DNA of 58,799 nucleotides from an uncultured virus (IMG/VR IMGVR_UViG_3300021957_000006) (lineage: Duplodnaviria > Heunggongvirae > Uroviricota > Caudoviricetes): IMG/VR virus record IMGVR_UViG_3300021957_000006; one strand, given 5' to 3'. The translations under genes were made by a program, and so were the position numbers. Every line of letters begins with the position of its first letter. Within the stretch, counting starts at the first letter, position 1. The notes beneath the pieces are model-generated. The model was not told the DNA's origin and ran no database searches. It worked only from the letters and a program-made list of their open reading frames with translations. Shown one piece after another: positions 18,168-27,471 of this stretch.

Positions 18168-18479
18168 TCATCGCTGTCTTGCATTTCTACCTCTTAAATC
18201 TTGAACTACATATTGTACTCTAGAAGGATACTCACCTAAGAATGTACCCGCAGTTAAATCATCTTTACTTATATGATGCTTGTGCATATGTTCAATATTA
18301 TCCCACTCACTAAGCATTTTTTTTGCCATTCTATCAAAACAGCTATCTGATAGAAGAGGGCGATCTTCCACATAATAAGCATATGCAGCCATAAGATACC
18401 AAGGTACTGACATATTAATATTATCGTCTATAAGATCACTACAATGCTTATCAAAGTTTTCATCTTCAGGTTCGGCCAT
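18168..18479 (-). CDS. Stand-alone protein resembling domain Ia of NAD-dependent DNA ligase
   Basis: AYAYYVEDRPLLSDSCFD matches the YY..D.P..SD..YD motif. Confidence 0.55.
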   Translation of the reverse strand: MAEPEDENFDKHCSDLIDDNINMSVPWYLMAAYAYYVEDRPLLSDSCFDRMAKKMLSEWDNIEHMHKHHISKDDLTAGTFLGEYPSRVQYVVQDLRGRNARQR

Positions 18480-18834
18480 TGAAAGCCTCCGTTAGTTGTT
18501 TCTCTTTACCATGCGCTTCGATCTCATGTGGGCGCTCATCATATGGTAGGTTATTGATCATAACCATTCCCCGAAGGTATTGACTGACGTGAACTAACTC
18601 GTGTAGTACAGTAGTTATTAAATTGTCGGGGGTTAAAGATTTGTCGAGACGAATAGTAAATTCGTTATCGTCTTCGTACATGCAGTCGCCACATACTCCT
18701 TGTTTGCGCATCGCACTAATATTTATATAAACGTCATCCTCATGTGGGAATAATTCTGACTGCCCAAACGCTATCAGCTTGCAGATTAAATCTTGCTTAC
18801 TCTTAGCAAATCTTGATTCGAATTCAACTATCAT
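18466..18834 (-). CDS. Zincin-like metallopeptidase (HExxH)
   Basis: TVLHELVHVSQY...PY..RPHEIEA. Confidence 0.75.
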   Translation of the reverse strand: MIVEFESRFAKSKQDLICKLIAFGQSELFPHEDDVYINISAMRKQGVCGDCMYEDDNEFTIRLDKSLTPDNLITTVLHELVHVSQYLRGMVMINNLPYDERPHEIEAHGKEKQLTEAFNGRT

Positions 18835-18840
18835 ACTATA

Positions 18841-18869
18841 GTTATAGTCTCAAAAGAATCAAAGTGCAA
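18841..18869 (-). promoter_or_regulatory. Early promoter TTGCAC-N17-TATAAC
   Basis: Promoter family member. Confidence 0.7.
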
Positions 18870-18872
18870 CTG

Positions 18873-19466
18873 TTATTTTGTGATTACCTCAACATTTTTT
18901 CCAAGATCAATCTTAGCATTGTTATGTTCATGATACAATACAAATTGAGTATTAGGAAACTCATTAAAGAGGTTTCGCCATACAGGGCGCCAGTTGTTAG
19001 CTAGTCTATTGTTATTAGATAGACTTCTATCGCTATTTAAATATAAGTCAGTACAGCTTCTAATATTGAAATCAAATATAGAATCAAAACCATACATATG
19101 TATTTCTTCAGCTTTTAATTCATTAGCGCTATAATGCGCTGCCATATGCCCGCAGTTAAAGTCAGTATAGTTAGCAACATACTTAGGTAGTGTAAGATAA
19201 AAACCCTTTATGTTCTGAGCTACTTTCATATAAAATTCTGGTCTTTGTTCCATCCAGATCTTAGGTCTATGCCCCAATGTCCATTCGCCTGGAATAACCA
19301 CACTACCTTCTGTCATAGCTTTCATCATCTTAAAGTCCACAAGACAGGTTGTATATACATTAGCTACTTCAAATGGTGGTATATTACAAGTTACTTTAAT
19401 ACCTTTAGAAGGTTTATACATTGTTGCATTATCACCATTACCTATTAGATGAACGGTTCTACTCAT
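18873..19466 (-). CDS. Hypothetical Rossmann-like protein of the glycosylation cluster (possibly sialyltransferase/DUF115-like)
   Basis: HLIGNG, CN, NCGH.A and IHMYGFD motifs. Confidence 0.45.
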   Translation of the reverse strand: MSRTVHLIGNGDNATMYKPSKGIKVTCNIPPFEVANVYTTCLVDFKMMKAMTEGSVVIPGEWTLGHRPKIWMEQRPEFYMKVAQNIKGFYLTLPKYVANYTDFNCGHMAAHYSANELKAEEIHMYGFDSIFDFNIRSCTDLYLNSDRSLSNNNRLANNWRPVWRNLFNEFPNTQFVLYHEHNNAKIDLGKNVEVITK

Positions 19467-20073
19467 TGATCTGCTTCCTTATTTCCTCTTTACCTTTTCT
19501 ACCAGTCCAGTGCATAATCTTTATATCTGGTGGTTCTGTTCCGTCGAGTAAATCTATCCTGAGAGTATTCCATTTTTTTGGAATAGTGTTAATATGTATC
19601 TGCCTATTAAGCCCGGTTCTAACCAAAGAGTGTAATATGTCTTGATCTCCGAACATAGGATCTGTATTTTCTGTAATCATAGTTGTTTCAAGATACCAAT
19701 GATTAAGTATAACAGGTTTCCGTTGAAAAGCTACTACTCCGCTATTATGCCAAGTCTCTCCTCGTCTTTTAGACCAAGGCTGATCTTCAATCATAGTTAA
19801 TTTATTAGGAACAATAAGATCAAATATACCAGTTATATCAGATCGTACTTCACAGTCTGTGTCAAGCCAACATACTTTATCAGCCATCTCACTCGCTTCT
19901 ACCATTGCATCAGGTTTACAGAACCACCCATTACCCATCTTATCAAAATCAAATACATGTAATTCTGCATTAGGGTTGTGTCTGTAGAAGTTGTCTTTAA
20001 ACCAAGGCAACATCCAGCGCGTATTCTTATCACATCCAGTAATAAATAATTTAGATAATTTGGTAACTGCCAT
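19459..20073 (-). CDS. GT-A glycosyltransferase (GT8/GT77-like)
   Basis: WF.KP, WLDTD, NSGVV, GDQD.L, WN and HWTG..GK motifs. Confidence 0.75.
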   Translation of the reverse strand: MAVTKLSKLFITGCDKNTRWMLPWFKDNFYRHNPNAELHVFDFDKMGNGWFCKPDAMVEASEMADKVCWLDTDCEVRSDITGIFDLIVPNKLTMIEDQPWSKRRGETWHNSGVVAFQRKPVILNHWYLETTMITENTDPMFGDQDILHSLVRTGLNRQIHINTIPKKWNTLRIDLLDGTEPPDIKIMHWTGRKGKEEIRKQINE

Positions 20074-20692
20074 TATAATTATGCTTTGCCAAGCATCCCT
20101 CTGTTTTTTGAATTGTTGTGAAAGTATCTCTTGCTTCTACCGGCCATGGATAATATTCCTGTAACCATTCTAATACATCTAGATTTAAAAAAACATCTGT
20201 AGGTCTCGCATAGAGCCTAGCTTGGGTAATCAATAAAGAAGCTCCAGCAGGATTAACTCTGTATGCATGAGCACCTGGGAAGTATCTTTTAGATGTTAGA
20301 GCGTTTAATCCTAGACGTTCAGGTATATTAAATTTACCATAAGATGGCTTTCCTAGATTAATACATCCTCCAAAGTGCATGTCTGGAATAGTATCTACTA
20401 CTACTGCATCATGCTCAAAGATGGTTACCTTCTGTCTAATCTCTGTACAATGTTTCCATAAAGACCAATGAGAGTGAAAAGCAGCCATACAATTTTCTAA
20501 CCGAGAATACTTTTCTTTAAAGCCTTCAGGTTTAATTCCTGCGTCTAAAAGAAATGCTGACAATAACTCGTTAGGAGTAGTTGCTTCCCACTTCTCTATT
20601 TCTAATCCATGTCTTGCTCCTGATTCAATACATCTTTCAGCTGCAGCTACTGACTTAGGGGTCTGAGACATGGTTATAACATAATGTTTCAT
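20051..20692 (-). CDS. Glycosyltransferase family 25-like
   Basis: AF.SHW.LW, IFEHDA, GAHAY.V.P.GA..L, P.D. Confidence 0.75.
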   Translation of the reverse strand: MKHYVITMSQTPKSVAAAERCIESGARHGLEIEKWEATTPNELLSAFLLDAGIKPEGFKEKYSRLENCMAAFHSHWSLWKHCTEIRQKVTIFEHDAVVVDTIPDMHFGGCINLGKPSYGKFNIPERLGLNALTSKRYFPGAHAYRVNPAGASLLITQARLYARPTDVFLNLDVLEWLQEYYPWPVEARDTFTTIQKTEGCLAKHNYNGSYQII

Positions 20693-21375
20693 AGTGTAGT
20701 TGTACTCCTAGTATTTTGTACTATAGTATAAAACTTACGGGTAACATACAAATTAGGAACTAATTGCTTACACATTATCGCATCATTAGGCCACAATCCG
20801 TATTCCTTTACAAGGTTTAACATATGTATAGCACCTTGTGGTTTAATTATATATGCTGAATTACCAGCTAAGCCTTGAGGTATAGTAACATCATCAATTG
20901 TAGGTGCACGTTGAAACATGTCTTGGTTCTTAATTATTTGATGATAATATTCATTTGATTTTCTTGTGCACCCTAGAGGATTATTAATACCAATAATATC
21001 ACCTTTAGTCTTGTTTAAATCCAGCTTAGTTATAAAGCATGCATCATGTTCTAGAACAAGTATAGGTTCTTGCAGCGTAGAGGCTTTCATCCAAAGAGTA
21101 TAGTGAGATAATGCCGCTGCTATTCTAGCTTTAGGACGAGCTGTTATGTATGCTGATTTAATTAGCCCAGTAGCAAAGTCAGACACTTTACCTTCCCAGG
21201 GGTAGTTCCATTTTATATTGTATGTCTTTAAAAGCTTGTCTACATCGGTAGGTACTACAGCATCAAATCTTTTTATCTCAAAATTGTTCTTAACTTTAAA
21301 CGAACTTTCTTGTAACTTACTAAAAGCAAATTCTGATAGTTCCATGCCTTTGATGACTATTGCATAAGCTTTCAT
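20689..21375 (-). CDS. Glycosyltransferase family 25-like
   Basis: FDAV, AALSHY.LW, LVLEHDA, GNSAYII.P.GA, PND. Confidence 0.75.
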   Translation of the reverse strand: MKAYAIVIKGMELSEFAFSKLQESSFKVKNNFEIKRFDAVVPTDVDKLLKTYNIKWNYPWEGKVSDFATGLIKSAYITARPKARIAAALSHYTLWMKASTLQEPILVLEHDACFITKLDLNKTKGDIIGINNPLGCTRKSNEYYHQIIKNQDMFQRAPTIDDVTIPQGLAGNSAYIIKPQGAIHMLNLVKEYGLWPNDAIMCKQLVPNLYVTRKFYTIVQNTRSTTTL

Positions 21376-21944
21376 TATGATTTCTTTATAATTATGTACC
21401 CAACATTAAAATTAGATTGTTCTATAATATTCCATTCGAGATTTTCTAATACACCAGTAAAGTCTAACACAGCTTCTCGTAGATCATTATTAGCTGCAGT
21501 ATCATGTACTATGATATAATTTTTTACCCACTTACTATGAAGATAAAGTTCTTGTACTAAATGCTCATATGTATGACACGAATCAATAAGCAATACATCA
21601 CACTTACCTCTAGCTGCTCTTGATCTTGAATCTGCTTGAATAACATTTAGATTAATATTTTTAGCTTTACAGTATTTTTCAAATAGAGGAAGATTAGGAG
21701 CAATTCTAGAATGATCTATATCAACTAAAGTAACATCTGTAGCTCCTCCTAATATAGCTGCAGCTGCAGTAGCTCCTTGATGAGTACCTAACTCTTTATA
21801 TACAGATCCATCTTTAAGACATTTTACTATAGCGTCATGATGAGATGTATAATGTACTCCATGAGACTCTATGTGTTGCTGTTGAATAGATTTATAAAAT
21901 TTTTGTAGAGTAGATATACTCTTATCAAATTCTGCATTAATCAT
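21375..21944 (-). CDS. Class I SAM-dependent methyltransferase
   Basis: ELGTHQG, VDID, D.LLIDS.HTY, I.VHDT. Confidence 0.75.
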   Translation of the reverse strand: MINAEFDKSISTLQKFYKSIQQQHIESHGVHYTSHHDAIVKCLKDGSVYKELGTHQGATAAAAILGGATDVTLVDIDHSRIAPNLPLFEKYCKAKNINLNVIQADSRSRAARGKCDVLLIDSCHTYEHLVQELYLHSKWVKNYIIVHDTAANNDLREAVLDFTGVLENLEWNIIEQSNFNVGYIIIKKS

Positions 21945-22627
21945 TATGATCTCCAGAAGTTTTTAGTAGGACCTGAATCAAAATCATATCCAAACGTTTC
22001 AATATCTTTTGCATACCAGTCAGCTACTATTTGAATAGTTTTATCAGTATACAAGTCTTTGTAGGTGCCTGGGTTTAATGCTGTAACATTTCTAGCTTCT
22101 GTCATTTTAGGAATGTTAAAGTATGAACACAGGTCTTCATTTAAGTTTTCGAATCTGATAATATCAGGTTTAATATTACCTTCTTGATCTGTAACATAAT
22201 CATATGCAGGATACCACCCTCTAATAGCTCGATGCCACATATAATTTACATTACCCCATTCAAACCTTTCTTCCAAGAATTGTTCAAAAGAGTCAATTTT
22301 ATGTTTGTTTGCTGGCTCTTTTTTCTCTACTTCAATAACTTTTTTAGCAAAGAAGTATCTTGATACAACTCTGTCAAAAGGATTACGAATAACAGCAAAC
22401 GAACCATGAGGATTAACTATATTAGGATTAAGGTCTCTCCATCGAGCATGTTCAAACCCATGATGATCTCCAATGGAATCCATATGAGCTTTAACCTCTG
22501 TTGTGTAAATAGGAGATTTGTGTACTTGAGGGCCTGCCCAAATAATTTTATCTCGTAGAACATCACTCCTACGGATTGTCATACCAGCGTTCTTAGGTAT
22601 ATGAATAAAGACTTTACGAAGAAACAT
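21944..22627 (-). CDS. Sulfotransferase family 2 protein
   Basis: FIHIPKNAG (5'-PSB), RNPFDRVVSRY (3'-PB), RFENL..D, Y..DI..FGY. Confidence 0.85.
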   Translation of the reverse strand: MFLRKVFIHIPKNAGMTIRRSDVLRDKIIWAGPQVHKSPIYTTEVKAHMDSIGDHHGFEHARWRDLNPNIVNPHGSFAVIRNPFDRVVSRYFFAKKVIEVEKKEPANKHKIDSFEQFLEERFEWGNVNYMWHRAIRGWYPAYDYVTDQEGNIKPDIIRFENLNEDLCSYFNIPKMTEARNVTALNPGTYKDLYTDKTIQIVADWYAKDIETFGYDFDSGPTKNFWRS

Positions 22628-23417
22628 ACTTCATTAACTCCTCTACATTCTCGCCGCGGTTAGGAAGTTTGTCTTTTAAGAAGAAATGAATAAAGTTACA
22701 ATCTTTAATCTTATTCATTTCAATACCTGTAAATAATCCATTCCACTTCCAATGAAGATTATTTACTCTCATATTTTCTTCTTTAACCCAGACGTTAAGA
22801 AGAGTTTGATCTGTCGACCACTTCCATGCACCCATACCATCAATGAATGGTTTGAATTTAGGACGTCGAAGAAACTGTTGAGGGGTTTCGCCATTGAGGT
22901 ATCTTTCAATCGATTTATTAATAACCATCATACCCATATTATAGAAGTTAGCTCCTGCTGGATGTTTCCAGTTAAACAACTGATTAAGTCCAGGATGAGC
23001 ATACTGCATACGAGTATAGTTAGCCAGCTTCTGTGTATAAGCTGGAGTAATAGGCATTGTGCGTTCTATAACTCCAGCAAAATCAACAGCAGTGCCAACA
23101 GTGGTAAAAAGGCAATCTTCGCAATCAGGCCGTACGTAAATATCAGCGTCAATAATAGCAATTTGATCATACGACTTGAGGTAGGAGAAAGCATTTTCTT
23201 TCTCATAGATCGGAAGGAATCCACCATATTTTTCATACGACTCTTTGCTCCTGTTGGTTTGAAATGGATCAGGTTTAATCATAAGAATAGGAGTTCGCTG
23301 AACAATATGATCAGCTCCTATTCTCTTAGCATATTCAGCTACAGACTTTGTACAGTGGTCGTAGAGCTTACTCTTCTTTCCTGTGTATACCTGATAGATT
23401 AGTCTTTTCATTTTCAT
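22614..23417 (-). CDS. GT-A glycosyltransferase
   Basis: YA.RIGAD, YEK, IIDADI, NMGMMV, DQTLLN, WN, FIHF. Confidence 0.75.
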   Translation of the reverse strand: MKMKRLIYQVYTGKKSKLYDHCTKSVAEYAKRIGADHIVQRTPILMIKPDPFQTNRSKESYEKYGGFLPIYEKENAFSYLKSYDQIAIIDADIYVRPDCEDCLFTTVGTAVDFAGVIERTMPITPAYTQKLANYTRMQYAHPGLNQLFNWKHPAGANFYNMGMMVINKSIERYLNGETPQQFLRRPKFKPFIDGMGAWKWSTDQTLLNVWVKEENMRVNNLHWKWNGLFTGIEMNKIKDCNFIHFFLKDKLPNRGENVEELMKYVSS

Positions 23418-23664
23418 AACTCGTTATAATATGTTTAGCAATGGATACTGCTTCATCAAAGTTTTTACGGAACCTATTATTTTTAGCTCCCTGGTTTACG
23501 AAATAGTATAAACTATCTATATCGCTATTATAGTTAGGTAAATCAAACGACTTTCGAAAAGATACTATCTTTTCATATTGATAGCGTAAACTTAAAATCT
23601 CAAATAGACTATTATCCATTGAGGGATTGAGGTTTATCATCCAGGGGTCCTTCATACTCATCAT
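23368..23664 (-). CDS. Hypothetical protein
   Basis: ORF in operon; start uncertain. Confidence 0.55.
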   Translation of the reverse strand: MMSMKDPWMINLNPSMDNSLFEILSLRYQYEKIVSFRKSFDLPNYNSDIDSLYYFVNQGAKNNRFRKNFDEAVSIAKHIITSYENEKTNLSGIHRKEE

Positions 23665-23803
23665 ACATAACTTCGTTCAGACTAAATCCTGGAAGCCTTG
23701 TTTCGTTATTTAAAGTCTTAATTCGCTGATCTTTTTCTAGCGAATTTTTTTTGTTACGGTCTTTCTTTTTATTACGGGGATCGTAGCGCCCAAACTTAGC
23801 CAT
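23612..23803 (-). CDS. Conserved small basic protein (MAKFGRYDPRNKK)
   Basis: TAATG coupling to glutaredoxin. Confidence 0.65.
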   Translation of the reverse strand: MAKFGRYDPRNKKKDRNKKNSLEKDQRIKTLNNETRLPGFSLNEVMYDEYEGPLDDKPQSLNG

Positions 23804-24075
23804 TAGAAACCTCCTTGGCCATACTCTCTAGTGTTTTCAATATAAGACATAAGTTCATTATAACCACCAATAAACTTATCGTGATGCCAGATTACTGGCA
23901 CTGTTTTGATAGTTAAATTTTCCTTCAAAGCTCTAGCTTTAAGCTTATCAAAGTAAACCTGACCATCAAATCTATCATCAATAGAGTAATATTTAAATTG
24001 AATACCATACTGATGACAAATCTCTTTAGCTTTGTCACAGAATTCACACATTTCTTTTCCGTAAATTAGCATCAT
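23803..24075 (-). CDS. Glutaredoxin
   Basis: IYGK..CEFC.KAK, TVP.I and IGGY.EL motifs. Confidence 0.9.
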   Translation of the reverse strand: MMLIYGKEMCEFCDKAKEICHQYGIQFKYYSIDDRFDGQVYFDKLKARALKENLTIKTVPVIWHHDKFIGGYNELMSYIENTREYGQGGF

Positions 24076-24776
24076 GATTCCATTCCTAACATTTCTTTTG
24101 TCATTATATAGTCTCTAACAAAATCTGACCGCACAATATCTTCCCAACCAAAGTTAATAATTTCGAATTTCTTTAGCTGTTCTACAATTGTTAAAAACTT
24201 AATTATACCATCTTTCTCATCTTTAAACTTAAAGTCTGATTGCAGATAGTCTCCTGCGAATATAATTCTCGAGCCCTTACCTACTCTAGTAATAACAGAA
24301 TCTAACTCGTGAAAAGAAAGGTTCTGCATTTCATCTACTAATATTATAGCATTATCTAATGTAAGTCCACGTATAAAGGATGTAGACTCAAATTGTATCT
24401 TTTTAGAGGATACCGCTCTACCCCATGATGTAGTATCTCCAAATAACTCATTAGCTATAGCTTTATATGGTGAAGTAAATACATCTTCTTTTTCTTCTTT
24501 AGTCCCTGGTAGAAAGCCTAACTCTCTAGTAGGTACCATTGATCTAATAATAACTAATCTATTTTGTTCAGTATCTGCATCTAATACTTGCTCGAGCCCA
24601 AGATACATTCCCATGAATGTCTTTCCGGTTCCAGCAGATCCAGTAAGAACAAGATTGTAATCGTCCTCCCAAGCATCATATGTAAGTTCCTGATTTTTAG
24701 TAATAGGGTGATACTCTAGCAGATCGTCAAGTCTAACCTGTAAAGAGTTATGTGAAGTTTTATGTCGTTTAGGCAT
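24072..24776 (-). CDS. phoH: PhoH-like ATPase
   Basis: P.TKNQ, GSAGTGKT, GFLPG...EK, SFIRGLT, DEMQN, TRVG, GD..Q.D, DIVRS. Confidence 0.95.
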   Translation of the reverse strand: MPKRHKTSHNSLQVRLDDLLEYHPITKNQELTYDAWEDDYNLVLTGSAGTGKTFMGMYLGLEQVLDADTEQNRLVIIRSMVPTRELGFLPGTKEEKEDVFTSPYKAIANELFGDTTSWGRAVSSKKIQFESTSFIRGLTLDNAIILVDEMQNLSFHELDSVITRVGKGSRIIFAGDYLQSDFKFKDEKDGIIKFLTIVEQLKKFEIINFGWEDIVRSDFVRDYIMTKEMLGMES

Positions 24777-24784
24777 TACTGTTA

Positions 24785-25015
24785 TTATATATTAATTGTA
24801 TTATCTTTGCCAGAGCCTTTTTTAATCTCTCTCAATTTATCTTTCCATCCATCAGAAGTTAGACGAGCAGTACCTCCAATCCCTGAAACAATTTTAGCGG
24901 TGGTAAGTTTTTGAGTATGATTACCCCTAGATAATAGCTCATCTCGTTCAGCAAAAGATAGAACCATGTCCTGCTCTTCGCCGGTTTCTTTATTAATCAT
25001 CGTATAAGTTGGCAT
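24785..25015 (-). CDS. Conserved small protein (FmdB-like N-terminus, no Cys)
   Basis: MPTY...N.ETGE...DGWKD.L..IK; typical neighbour of phoH. Confidence 0.65.
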   Translation of the reverse strand: MPTYTMINKETGEEQDMVLSFAERDELLSRGNHTQKLTTAKIVSGIGGTARLTSDGWKDKLREIKKGSGKDNTINI

Positions 25016-25032
25016 TTTATTTCCTAATGGTT

Positions 25033-25054
25033 GTGGTCAGCCGAAGCTGACCAC
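25033..25054 (-). other. Stable 9-bp hairpin with a C(UUCG)G tetraloop
   Basis: GTGGTCAGC-TTCG-GCTGACCAC, no U-tract. Confidence 0.75.
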
Positions 25055-25072
25055 TGTTACACCCTCCGTATG

Positions 25073-25225
25073 TTAGATATGAACAGCAATTCTTGATTCT
25101 AAAAACTCTAACTTCTTAGATAACTTCGTCACAAGAGCATCTTTACCCTTAGCTGTGAGTTCCGTTATATATTCGCGAAGTTCCTCTGAGTCCTGTTGAA
25201 GTACAGAAAGCTGAAAATCAGTCAT
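25073..25225 (-). CDS. Small hypothetical protein, 50 aa (not in the ORF track)
   Basis: MTDFQLSVLQQDSEELREYITELTAKGK...IAVHI*; AAGGAG SD. Confidence 0.65.
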   Translation of the reverse strand: MTDFQLSVLQQDSEELREYITELTAKGKDALVTKLSKKLEFLESRIAVHI

Positions 25226-25255
25226 ACACATCTCCTTATGTTTTCAGTTTGAAGG

Positions 25256-25684
25256 TTAATTTATAAGTCCTGGAAAGGCCTCCTCTACTAATTTCTTAGT
25301 TACGCCTTTTGCCAGCTGCTTTTTTGCCACCATCTTTAATAGAAGTTCGGCATCGTCGGGGTGGACATTTTCTATCATACGGATGAATATTCTCTCTCGT
25401 TTGAAGGCCGGAAGGTTGTCGCCTGGGCCACCCTTTACTAAATCGTTAAAATTTCGAGTTTGTTTAAGTAGATTAGAAGGAATGCTGCCTTCCTCTGAGG
25501 CTTCAAAAGGAGGTCTACCCTCAGGGAGGTTCCACTCTACATTAGAATGATATGTACCTACAAGTACATCTTTCAACGCCTGTGATTCGTTTTCTTTAAG
25601 AAGAGTTATCTTTTCTTCCTTCGTTTTAGCTTTTGATACTATATCAATAACCTCATGTACACGTTTAGTTACATAGTGTGCCAT
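25256..25684 (-). CDS. Conserved T4-like hypothetical protein
   Basis: W.LPEG.PP, KRE..FI...E..HP.DAELL, VEEAFP; usual partner of rnh. Confidence 0.75.
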   Translation of the reverse strand: MAHYVTKRVHEVIDIVSKAKTKEEKITLLKENESQALKDVLVGTYHSNVEWNLPEGRPPFEASEEGSIPSNLLKQTRNFNDLVKGGPGDNLPAFKRERIFIRMIENVHPDDAELLLKMVAKKQLAKGVTKKLVEEAFPGLIN

Positions 25685-26541
25685 TATATAAAATCCTTTA
25701 CATCTTCTAATAATCTACGACAACGTTTCTCTACAAGATATGGAAACACTTTACTTTTATTATCCCACTTGTCTTGGTTCTCATAATTATATATAATTTT
25801 CTCTCTTAGAGGTTCTGGTGTTTCGGTTAAGTCTATTAACTTTTTATTACGTAGATAGTTACGATAAACTTCTTCTCCTAGAGCTTTAGGATCGTTTATT
25901 AGTTCGTCAATCTTCTTCTGTCTTAAAGGAGTCTGGCGATCACCATCTACAAATACATTGTCTCCTGATAGCACATTAGGTACACCATCTGCAGTGTCTC
26001 CTTTGAGTATAAGCTCCATAAGCTGTTTACGTGGAGTAGCTTCTTTGATATACTTTCTTGTTATAGGAGAGTACTGATGTATATTCTTATACTTCTGTAG
26101 TTGAGCAAAGTCTTTATCACCAGAGATAATCATAACATCTTCACCCTTACCAAACTCTTGAGTGTCTTCGCAAAGAACACCGATAATATCATCAGCTTCT
26201 ACTTCATCTACTTCTACCATTTTATATGGAAAGTTCTCTTTGATCTCTTCTTTGACCATATTCATAATACGAAAGACTTCATTCCAATCCATACTAGATT
26301 GTTTACGAGCATCTTTACGCTTATATTTGTATTGAGGGTAAACCTCCTTGCGCCAGTTCTTAGAACCGTCAATACATAGAACTAACTCACCAAACTTCTC
26401 TCGGTGTTTAGCTCTATGCATTCTAAGACTGTTAAGGATCATATGACGAATTAAATCTTCTTCAATATCCAATTTTTGAGTTACTACATTACTAATAGCA
26501 ATAGCGCTATAATCAACAAGGATCATATATCCTACCTCCAC
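25684..26541 (-). CDS. rnh: T4-type RNase H (5'-3' exonuclease)
   Basis: MILVD, RHMILNS, WRK..YP.YK..R, EADDII, SGDKDF.QL, GD..DGVPN.LS. Confidence 0.93.
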   Translation of the reverse strand: MEVGYMILVDYSAIAISNVVTQKLDIEEDLIRHMILNSLRMHRAKHREKFGELVLCIDGSKNWRKEVYPQYKYKRKDARKQSSMDWNEVFRIMNMVKEEIKENFPYKMVEVDEVEADDIIGVLCEDTQEFGKGEDVMIISGDKDFAQLQKYKNIHQYSPITRKYIKEATPRKQLMELILKGDTADGVPNVLSGDNVFVDGDRQTPLRQKKIDELINDPKALGEEVYRNYLRNKKLIDLTETPEPLREKIIYNYENQDKWDNKSKVFPYLVEKRCRRLLEDVKDFI

Positions 26542-26554
26542 ATCATCTATATGT

Positions 26555-26582
26555 ATTATATAGTAATCGCTTAGATGTGCAA
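26555..26582 (-). promoter_or_regulatory. Early promoter TTGCAC-N16-TATAAT (rnh operon)
   Basis: Promoter family variant. Confidence 0.65.
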
Positions 26583-27062
26583 CTACTTTTTCATCTTTTC
26601 AACAGCTTTATCATAATCTTCTTGAGAGACAATACCTTCAGCTAATAGGCGAGTGCGGTTTCTCATATGCTGAGCCTGTGTCTCCTCTTTGCTGCCGCCG
26701 AAATAAGGTACACAATGACCTTCCAGTTCCATTATCTCTGTAACACGTTTCATTTCTCCGCTGTAATCAACTTTGAAGTCTCCAAGGATTCGGCCGAACT
26801 TGCCCTTCATATCCTCACCATGTTTGTTTTCTGTTGTAATCAGTTTACCGCCATGCTTCATAAGTTCTTTAAGTCTAGCTTTAGCAGCTTCTCCGAATAA
26901 GTCTTCTACCTTATCTCTAGTGCGGCTCTCTGGAGTATCGATGCCCATGATACGTACACGCTCATCTTTTAAACATATTCCAAACCCTAGATCAATATCT
27001 ACATCTACTGTATCTCCATCTACGACTTTAATTACAGTTACGTCATACTCGTTTGTATTCAT
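26583..27062 (-). CDS. Staphylococcal nuclease (thermonuclease)-like protein
   Basis: KVVDGDTVDVDIDLGF, RVRIMGIDTPESRT, GKFGRILG. Confidence 0.88.
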   Translation of the reverse strand: MNTNEYDVTVIKVVDGDTVDVDIDLGFGICLKDERVRIMGIDTPESRTRDKVEDLFGEAAKARLKELMKHGGKLITTENKHGEDMKGKFGRILGDFKVDYSGEMKRVTEIMELEGHCVPYFGGSKEETQAQHMRNRTRLLAEGIVSQEDYDKAVEKMKK

Positions 27063-27471
27063 TTTTTATGCTCTTCTCTAAATGTTTACTATGAATCTTA
27101 CATCCTATAAATTCATTGTAAAAATCGTCGCGAAGCAACACGTCATTCTCGAATTGATATTTAGCTTCGAAGTAGGAACATTCTCCTTTAGTCTTACATA
27201 GTCTTAAAATCTCACGTTTGAAGTTATCAGAGCCCTTCAATTCCAATAGCTGCTGCACTTCTTTAGAACTTCCATAGTATATACGCCAATCGGACTCTAC
27301 ACGAGTTTTCACACGTCTCTTGCGCTTCTTTGTAACAGGTAACGTTTTTGGTTTCCAGAAAAACTTCTTTCCAATATATTTCTTGTCAGTATCAAGCTCA
27401 GTTATAAGATAAACAAACCCCTGATACTCTTCTGGAGTTTCGTTGTACTCATTACCATTATATGTCCACAT
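27043..27471 (-). CDS. GIY-YIG endonuclease
   Basis: GFVYLIT...KYIGKK, ESDW..YYGSS, F.REIL, E, FYN. Confidence 0.85.
   Translation of the reverse strand: MWTYNGNEYNETPEEYQGFVYLITELDTDKKYIGKKFFWKPKTLPVTKKRKRRVKTRVESDWRIYYGSSKEVQQLLELKGSDNFKREILRLCKTKGECSYFEAKYQFENDVLLRDDFYNEFIGCKIHSKHLEKSIKNEYKRV

Noticed and set aside
17995..18185. Two alternative short minus-strand ORFs in this gap
   Set aside because: Could not decide which frame, if either, is real
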